A stretch of 64,000 nt of DNA. Origin: Patescibacteria group bacterium (GTDB taxonomy: Bacteria; Patescibacteriota; Minisyncoccia; UBA6257; JAAZHW01). The position numbers and the translations under genes were made by a program. This document shows, piece by piece, positions 58,492 to 64,000 of the stretch (positions within the stretch are counted from its first letter, which is position 1; each line of letters begins with the position of its first letter). The notes below the pieces were generated by a model. That model did no database searches. It had not been told where the DNA came from and worked only from the letters and a program-made list of their open reading frames with translations. The stretch spans positions 270,233 to 334,232 of the forward strand of contig JAOAGL010000001.1 of the NCBI GenBank assembly GCA_026415775.1, read 5' to 3'.

Positions 58492-59691
58492 ATGGCAGAG
58501 AAAAAGAAATTTGAACGTAAAAAGCCACATGTTAATGTGGGTACAATCGGTCACATTGATCACGGTAAAACCACTTTAACTGCTGCAATAATGCACGTTT
58601 TAAATTTTAAGGGTTTAGTAGAAAAAGTGGAAGGCGTTGATCAAATTGATAATGCTCCCGAGGAAAAAGCAAGAGGTATTACTATTGCTTTGCATCATTC
58701 GGAATATGAGTCGGAAAAAAGACACTATGCTCATATTGATGCACCGGGACATGCTGATTACATTAAAAACATGATTACTGGTGCCGCTCAGATGGATGGT
58801 GCCGTGCTTGTTGTTTCGGCGGCTGATGGTCCAATGCCTCAAACTCGTGAGCATATACTTTTGGCGCGCCAAGTCGGTGTTCCAGCAATAATTGTTTTCT
58901 TAAATAAAGTTGATCAGGTAAGCGATCCAGAATTGATTGATTTGGTTGAAAATGAAGTTCGTGAATTATTATCTAAATATCAATTTCCTGGTAATGAAGT
59001 TCCAGTAATTCGCGGTTCCGCTTTGGCCGCATTAAATGCTAAATCAATCGATGATCCAGCTTGCAAACCAATTTTAGATTTGGTTGAAGCAATGGATAGT
59101 TATATTCCTGATCCTGTTCGTGAAGTTGATAAACCATTTTTGATGCCAATCGAAGATGTTTTCTCAATCGAAGGACGAGGAACTGTTGTTACTGGTCGTG
59201 CTGAAAGAGGGGTTTTGAAATTAAATGAAGAAGTTGAGGTTGTTGGTTTAAGACCAACTCAAAAAACAGTTGTCACCGGTATTGAGATGTTTAATAAAAC
59301 ATTAGATGAAGCTCAAGCGGGTGATAATGTTGGTATTTTGTTGCGTGGTCTAAAGAAGGAGGACGTAGAAAGAGGTCAGGTTGTTGCCAAACCAGGCAGC
59401 GTTACTCCTCATACTGAATTTGAGGCAGAGGTTTATATTTTAACTAAGGAGGAAGGAGGAAGACATACTCCATTCTTCAATGGTTATAAACCTCAGTTTT
59501 ATATTCGAACCACCGATGTTACTGGTGAAGTTACTCTTCCTCAAGGCATTGAAATGGTGATGCCTGGCGATAATGTTAATTTGACTATTAAATTAATTGC
59601 GCCGGTTGCCTTGGAAGAGAAACAAAGATTTGCTATTCGTGAAGGTGGTAAAACTGTCGGCGCGGGTGTGGTAACAAAAATTCTCAAATAA
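58492..59691 (+). CDS. tuf: elongation factor Tu
   Basis: '[23 protein letters not shown]', '[22 protein letters not shown]', 'NKVD'. 399 aa, EF-Tu throughout. Confidence 0.95.
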   Translation: MAEKKKFERKKPHVNVGTIGHIDHGKTTLTAAIMHVLNFKGLVEKVEGVDQIDNAPEEKARGITIALHHSEYESEKRHYAHIDAPGHADYIKNMITGAAQMDGAVLVVSAADGPMPQTREHILLARQVGVPAIIVFLNKVDQVSDPELIDLVENEVRELLSKYQFPGNEVPVIRGSALAALNAKSIDDPACKPILDLVEAMDSYIPDPVREVDKPFLMPIEDVFSIEGRGTVVTGRAERGVLKLNEEVEVVGLRPTQKTVVTGIEMFNKTLDEAQAGDNVGILLRGLKKEDVERGQVVAKPGSVTPHTEFEAEVYILTKEEGGRHTPFFNGYKPQFYIRTTDVTGEVTLPQGIEMVMPGDNVNLTIKLIAPVALEEKQRFAIREGGKTVGAGVVTKILK

Positions 59692-59719
59692 AATTTTTAA
59701 TTAGCTCTTTCCAACAACA

Positions 59720-60043
59720 ATGACTAAAAAAGATGAATTGCAACAAAAAATAAGAATAAAACTGAAAGCCTACGATCATAAAGTGTTAGATAATTCTTGT
59801 AAACAAATCGTTGAAACTGCTAGCCGTTATGTAAAAGAAATTATTGGTCCGATGCCATTACCCACTGAAATCCGACGTTATACCATTAATCGTTCAACTT
59901 TCATTGATAAAAATTCACGAGAACAGTTTGAAATCCGCATTCACAAAAGAATCCTTGACATACTTAATCCGAATCAAAAACTAATTGATGCTCTGATGAA
60001 CCTAAATTTGCCGGCAGGAGTAGACATTGAGATTAAGATGTAG
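59720..60043 (+). CDS. rpsJ: 30S ribosomal protein S10
   Basis: '[26 protein letters not shown]...[14 protein letters not shown]..' is typical of S10. 107 aa. Confidence 0.9.
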   Translation: MTKKDELQQKIRIKLKAYDHKVLDNSCKQIVETASRYVKEIIGPMPLPTEIRRYTINRSTFIDKNSREQFEIRIHKRILDILNPNQKLIDALMNLNLPAGVDIEIKM

Positions 60044-60051
60044 AGAGTAAA

Positions 60052-60113
60052 AAATAAATGCCGGGCGGCCTCTTCTCGAAATTATCTTGAGAAGAAAAAC
60101 CCGGCATTTATTT
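60052..60113 (+). promoter_or_regulatory. nested hairpin between rpsJ and rplC (outer AAATAAATGCCGGG/CCCGGCATTTATTT, inner TCTTCTC/GAGAAGA)
   Basis: Perfect 14-bp outer stem enclosing a 7-bp inner stem-loop, read from the sequence. Lies inside the S10 operon where genes are usually contiguous. Confidence 0.5.
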
Positions 60114-60162
60114 ATCCAAAATATTGATAAAAATTTTAAAATATATAAAATAACGAAAAAAT

Positions 60163-60771
60163 ATGGCTAAATTCATTCTCGCTCAAAAAATAGGAATGAC
60201 CGAAATTTTTCAGAATGACAAGATGATTCCAGTAACTGTTTTAGAAGCAGGTCCTGTTGTGGTTACGCAAATAAAGACCAAAGAGCGAGATGGTTATTAT
60301 GCCGTTCAGGTTGGTTTTGGCGCGAAGAAAAAAATTTCCAAAGCTTTAAAAGGCCATTTAAAAAACCTGGGCAATTTTAGATGGATAAAAGAGTTTAAAG
60401 TATCTGAGTCAGAAATAAATAATTATAAAGTTGGTGATAAAATAGATGTTTCAATTTTTCAAGAGGGCGAGAAAATTAAGATTTCGGGCACTAGTAAAAG
60501 CAAGGGTTTTCAAGGCGTGGTAAAAAGACATGGTTTCCATGGCGGTCCTAAAACCCATGGACAAAAAAATCGATTGCGCGCTCCCGGTTCAATTGGTGCT
60601 ACACATCCCCAACATGTTGCTAAAGGAAGGAAGATGGCTGGGCGAATGGGTGGCGAAAGAATAACTTTAAAAAATGTAAAAATTGCAAAAATAATCAATG
60701 ATAAAAATTTGATTTGTATAAAAGGGGCGGTGCCGGGAAAAAAAGGAGAATTAGTCGAGATTTTAGCTTAA
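60163..60771 (+). CDS. rplC: 50S ribosomal protein L3
   Basis: 'ILAQKIGMTEIFQNDKMIPVTVLEAGPVVVTQIKT', 'GFQGVVKRHGFHGGPKTHGQ'. Confidence 0.9.
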   Translation: MAKFILAQKIGMTEIFQNDKMIPVTVLEAGPVVVTQIKTKERDGYYAVQVGFGAKKKISKALKGHLKNLGNFRWIKEFKVSESEINNYKVGDKIDVSIFQEGEKIKISGTSKSKGFQGVVKRHGFHGGPKTHGQKNRLRAPGSIGATHPQHVAKGRKMAGRMGGERITLKNVKIAKIINDKNLICIKGAVPGKKGELVEILA

Positions 60772-60775
60772 TTTT

Positions 60776-61408
60776 ATGAAAGTGGATTTATATAATCAAA
60801 AAGGAGAAGTGATTGACCAGATTAATGTATCTGATAGAATTTTTGGTTATAAATGGAATTCCGTTTTAGTGCATCAAGTTCTTGTAGCTTTACAAAGCAA
60901 TAAAAGAAAACCTATTGCGCATGCAAAAGATAGAGGAGAAGTTTCTGGCGGCGGAAGGAAACCTTGGCGTCAAAAAGGAACAGGCCGCGCTCGTCATGGT
61001 TCTATTCGTTCTCCTTTGTGGATTGGTGGCGGTGTCACTTTTGGTCCGACCAAGGAGAAAAAATATGATAAAAAAATCAATAAAAAAACCAAACTGAATG
61101 CTTTACTATCAGTTTTGTCTAAAAAATTTTCTGATCAAGAAATTAAAATTATTGATAAAATAGAACTTGAACAGCCAAAAACCAAAGAAATGGCAAAAAT
61201 TTTAAAAAATTTTTTAAATGATAAAAAAAGAAACCAGGGATTATTGATTTTGCCAACAAACGATAGAAATCTTATAAAAAGCACTCGTAATTTATCATTT
61301 GCCCAAGCAACTACTATAGAAAATCTTGATTTAATTAATCTTTTAACTTTTAAAAACCTGATTTTTATAAAAGAAGCTGTCGAAAAATTAGAAGAGAAAA
61401 TAAAATAA
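60776..61408 (+). CDS. rplD: 50S ribosomal protein L4
   Basis: 'GGGRKPWRQKGTGRARHGSIRSPLWIGGGVTFGP'. Confidence 0.9.
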   Translation: MKVDLYNQKGEVIDQINVSDRIFGYKWNSVLVHQVLVALQSNKRKPIAHAKDRGEVSGGGRKPWRQKGTGRARHGSIRSPLWIGGGVTFGPTKEKKYDKKINKKTKLNALLSVLSKKFSDQEIKIIDKIELEQPKTKEMAKILKNFLNDKKRNQGLLILPTNDRNLIKSTRNLSFAQATTIENLDLINLLTFKNLIFIKEAVEKLEEKIK

Positions 61409-61411
61409 TAT

Positions 61412-61789
61412 ATGTCTTTATTTTCAAAGAAAAAAACTGATAAGGAGGAGAAGAAAGATGTTGAAATTAAAAAACAGGAAGAAGTTAAAAAGCCTGATTC
61501 ATTTAATAAAAATGTTTTAATAATAAAACAACCACGAGTGACGGAAAAAAGTCAATTGATGAAACAAGTTAGGCAATATGTTTTTGATGTGGATAAAAAA
61601 GCAAATAAAGCGGAAGTAAAAAAGGCTGTGGAATATATTTATAATGTTAAGGTTGAAAAAGTACGAATAATAAATATTTCCGCAAAAAAAAGACGCCTAG
61701 GAGCTACACAAGGAAAAAAGTCGGGTCATAAAAAAGCTATTGTTACTTTAAAAGAAGGATACCAAATTGAAATCATTCCTCAAAAATAA
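61412..61789 (+). CDS. rplW: 50S ribosomal protein L23 with a ~35-aa K/E-rich N-terminal extension
   Basis: Core 'IIKQPRVTEKSQLMKQVRQYVFDVDKKANKAEVKKAVEYIYNVKVEKVRIIN'. Confidence 0.8.
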   Translation: MSLFSKKKTDKEEKKDVEIKKQEEVKKPDSFNKNVLIIKQPRVTEKSQLMKQVRQYVFDVDKKANKAEVKKAVEYIYNVKVEKVRIINISAKKRRLGATQGKKSGHKKAIVTLKEGYQIEIIPQK

Positions 61790-61798
61790 GAGAAAAAT

Positions 61799-62623
61799 AT
61801 GAAAAAACTTAAACCAACAACTCCATCACGGCGGCAAATGACAATTCTTGAATATAAGAAAATTTTGACAACTAATGAACCGAAAAAACAATTAACCAAA
61901 CCTCTTAAGAAAAAAGCGGGTAGAAATTCTAGTGGCAGAATTACTGTTCGTCATCAGGGCGGAGGAAACAAAAGACTGTATCGTTTAGTTGACTTTAAAC
62001 AAGATAAATTTAATATTATTGGAACAATCAAAACGATTGAATATGATCCCAATCGAAATACTTTTATTGGTCTGGTTTCTTATGCTGATGGTGAATATCG
62101 TTATGTTTTATTGCCGGAAGGAGTAGAAGTTGGTCAGCAAATTATTAGTTCCGAAAATGCTCCAATTAAAGTCGGTAATCGCTTGCCTTTAAAAAATATT
62201 CCAGTTGGCACTAGCGTTTTTAATATTGAAATAATGCCAGGCACCGGTGGTAAATTGGTTCGTAGTGCTGGTTCAGTCGCTGAAGTGATGGGTCTCGAGG
62301 ACAAATACTGTATTTTAAAAATGCCTTCTGGAGAAATTAGAAAAGTTTTATCAAATTGTTATGCAACAATAGGCGTTCCATCAAATACAGAATACCGCAC
62401 TTTAAATATTGGGAAAGCTGGAAGAACTCGTTGGTTGGGAATTAGGCCAACAGTTCGTGGTTCTGCAATGAATCCCTGTGACCATCCTTATGGTGGAGGC
62501 GAGGGGCGTCAACCTCGTGGTACGCGCAGGCCAAAAACAGCATGGGGTAAAGTTACTGGCGGTCACAAGACACGAAAGAAAAGAAAATGGTCGAATGTAC
62601 TAATTCTTAAACGCAGAAAATAA
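61799..62623 (+). CDS. rplB: 50S ribosomal protein L2
   Basis: 'GRNSSGRITVRHQGGGNKRLYRLVDF', 'PCDHPYGGGEGRQPRG'. Confidence 0.95.
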   Translation: MKKLKPTTPSRRQMTILEYKKILTTNEPKKQLTKPLKKKAGRNSSGRITVRHQGGGNKRLYRLVDFKQDKFNIIGTIKTIEYDPNRNTFIGLVSYADGEYRYVLLPEGVEVGQQIISSENAPIKVGNRLPLKNIPVGTSVFNIEIMPGTGGKLVRSAGSVAEVMGLEDKYCILKMPSGEIRKVLSNCYATIGVPSNTEYRTLNIGKAGRTRWLGIRPTVRGSAMNPCDHPYGGGEGRQPRGTRRPKTAWGKVTGGHKTRKKRKWSNVLILKRRK

Positions 62624-62626
62624 ATT

Positions 62627-62929
62627 ATGAGCAGAAGTCTTAAAAAAGGTCCATACATTGACCCAAAGCTATTAAAGAAAATCGCTAAAATTAAACCTGA
62701 TTCTGGTCAGGTTATTAAAACTTGGTCAAGAGCTTCGGTAATTTCGCCAGAAATGATCGGATATACTTTTGCGGTTCATAACGGTAAGGATTTTATTGAG
62801 GTTAAAATTACCGAAGAAATGGTCGGTCATCGTTTAGGTGAATTTGCGCCCACTCGTAAATTTATTAAACATGGTGGTAAGATGCAAAGAGAATTAGAAA
62901 AGAAGGCGGCGACCGCATCTAATCAATAA
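62627..62929 (+). CDS. rpsS: 30S ribosomal protein S19
   Basis: '[19 protein letters not shown]...[35 protein letters not shown]'. Confidence 0.9.
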   Translation: MSRSLKKGPYIDPKLLKKIAKIKPDSGQVIKTWSRASVISPEMIGYTFAVHNGKDFIEVKITEEMVGHRLGEFAPTRKFIKHGGKMQRELEKKAATASNQ

Positions 62930-62937
62930 AAAAATTT

Positions 62938-63456
62938 ATGAACGAAAAGAAAACAGCAATAGCAAAATTAAAATATTTACATATGGCACCACGCAAAGTG
63001 AGATTTATTGCTGATTTAATTAAAGGAAAACATATTGTTGAGGCAGAAGCACAATTGCTTTATTGTCGTCGTCGCGCCGCTAAACCGATTTTAAAATTAT
63101 TACATTCAGCAATCAATAATGCTCTTAACAAGAAATTAAATAAAGACACTCTTTATATTAGTTCTATTACAGTAGATCAAGGTCCTATGTTAAAAAGGTG
63201 GTTGCCAAGAGCGATGGGGAGGGCTACTCCCATTCAAAAAAAGATGTCGCATATCACTATGGTTTTATCTGAAGGAAAGCAATTTAATCGTTTTGTTGTG
63301 CCTAAAGCAAAAATTACTAAATCTGAAAAATCAATAAAGAAGGAAAAGGTTGAAACTAAAAAAGCAGAGTATAAACAAAAAGAACAAAAGGTCGTTGAGA
63401 AAAAACCTAAAGAAGGAGCAGTTAAAAAATTCTTTAGAAGAAAAGAAATAGCTTAA
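62938..63456 (+). CDS. rplV: 50S ribosomal protein L22 with a ~55-aa K/E-rich C-terminal extension
   Basis: 'AKLKYLHMAPRKVRFIADLIKGKHIVEAEAQLLYCRRRAAKPILKLLHSAINNA'. Confidence 0.85.
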   Translation: MNEKKTAIAKLKYLHMAPRKVRFIADLIKGKHIVEAEAQLLYCRRRAAKPILKLLHSAINNALNKKLNKDTLYISSITVDQGPMLKRWLPRAMGRATPIQKKMSHITMVLSEGKQFNRFVVPKAKITKSEKSIKKEKVETKKAEYKQKEQKVVEKKPKEGAVKKFFRRKEIA

Positions 63457-63457
63457 T

Positions 63458-64000
63458 ATGGGACACAAAATTCATCCAAAATCTTTTAGATTGGGAATTA
63501 TCAAAGATTGGAGTGCAAAATGGTTAGTTTCAAAGAAGGAACTCCCAATTATTTTGGAAGAAGATATTAAAATTCGCGAATATTTAAATAAAAAATTAAG
63601 AAATACTTATATTGCCGAAATTGTCATTGAACGATTGGAAAATAATATCAACATCACTATTAAAACAGCTCGTCCGGGTTTAATAATCGGACGCGGTGGT
63701 AAGGGCGTTGAAGATTTAAAGAAAGAATTAGAAAAAATTATCAATAAACATCGTAAAGAAAAGAAATACAATCTTAACTACAACCTTTCTATAAATATCG
63801 AGGAGATAAAAAATCCGACTGCTAATGCGGCGATTGTCGCTCAAGGCATTGCAAGTGCCATTGAGAAGAGAATGCCTTACCGTCGAGTAATGAAAAAGGC
63901 AATTGAAGAAGCTAAACAAAACAAAGAAGTAAAAGGAATTAAAATTAAAGTCTCTGGTCGATTAAATGGAGCAGAAATTGCTCGAACCGAATGGCTTGAT
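63458..64000 (+). CDS. rpsC: 30S ribosomal protein S3, 5' partial (runs off the window end)
   Basis: Hand translation from the ATG at 63458 gives MGHKIHPKSFRLGIIKDWSAKWLVSKKELP.., an S3 KH-domain N-terminus. Open to position 64000, so it is absent from the ORF track (no stop). Confidence 0.8.
   Translation, partial: MGHKIHPKSFRLGIIKDWSAKWLVSKKELPIILEEDIKIREYLNKKLRNTYIAEIVIERLENNINITIKTARPGLIIGRGGKGVEDLKKELEKIINKHRKEKKYNLNYNLSINIEEIKNPTANAAIVAQGIASAIEKRMPYRRVMKKAIEEAKQNKEVKGIKIKVSGRLNGAEIARTEWLD

Noticed and set aside
1-64000. CRISPR arrays, rRNA genes, transposases/integrases and prophage structural genes.
   Set aside because: I searched for regular repeat-spacer periodicity and for hallmark motifs and found none. 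The only tandem repeat is the 3x18-bp AT-rich unit at 13337-13390, which is too short and AT-rich to be a CRISPR array.

Overview
The window is AT-rich (roughly 30-35% GC) and gene-dense, with almost every gene on the + strand. The gene content and style are those of a reduced Patescibacteria/CPR-like genome: ribosomal proteins with K/E-rich extensions, a class I (DhnA-type) aldolase, a type IV pilus plus ComF DNA-uptake locus, giant pilin-leader surface proteins, and few biosynthetic genes. This lineage assignment is inference from gene content only.

The housekeeping backbone, start to end, is: trpS, rpmF, nusB, rnc, smc, rpsP, a DJ-1/PfpI protein, ruvB, polA(-), tsaE(-), murA, mreB, a holB-like gene, frr, rseP, proS, a second mreB with mreC, mreD and mrdA, greA, lysS, serS, comF(-), a complete pilM-N-O-B-T-C-pilA-pilD cluster, folD, murJ, lepA, an ftsB-like gene, tRNA-Gly(CCC), tRNA-Thr(CGU), prfB, ftsE, ftsX, tRNA-Gln(CUG), a dedA-like gene, the class I aldolase, tuf, and the S10 operon (rpsJ, rplC, rplD, rplW, rplB, rpsS, rplV, and the 5' part of rpsC running off the end).

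The non-routine content is in three places:
- 5.2-6.1 kb: a small wHTH/Cas2-fold regulator-like gene bracketed by a 40-bp perfect palindrome and a near-identical second copy.
- 7.3-18.3 kb: an accessory block. It holds a ~2000-aa protein with a prepilin-type leader and a dozen 'GNVGIGTTSPxxKLDVxG' tail-fibre-like repeats, then a membrane-anchored cupredoxin-like protein, a small membrane protein, a stand-alone GGDEF diguanylate cyclase with intact active site and I-site, a PEGA-domain membrane protein, and a second PilB/GspE ATPase that is separate from the canonical pilus operon.
- 18.39-18.57 kb: a GC-rich island of about 183 nt enclosed by a ~21-bp long-range helix, a candidate structured ncRNA.

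No CRISPR array, rRNA, transposase or integrase was seen.
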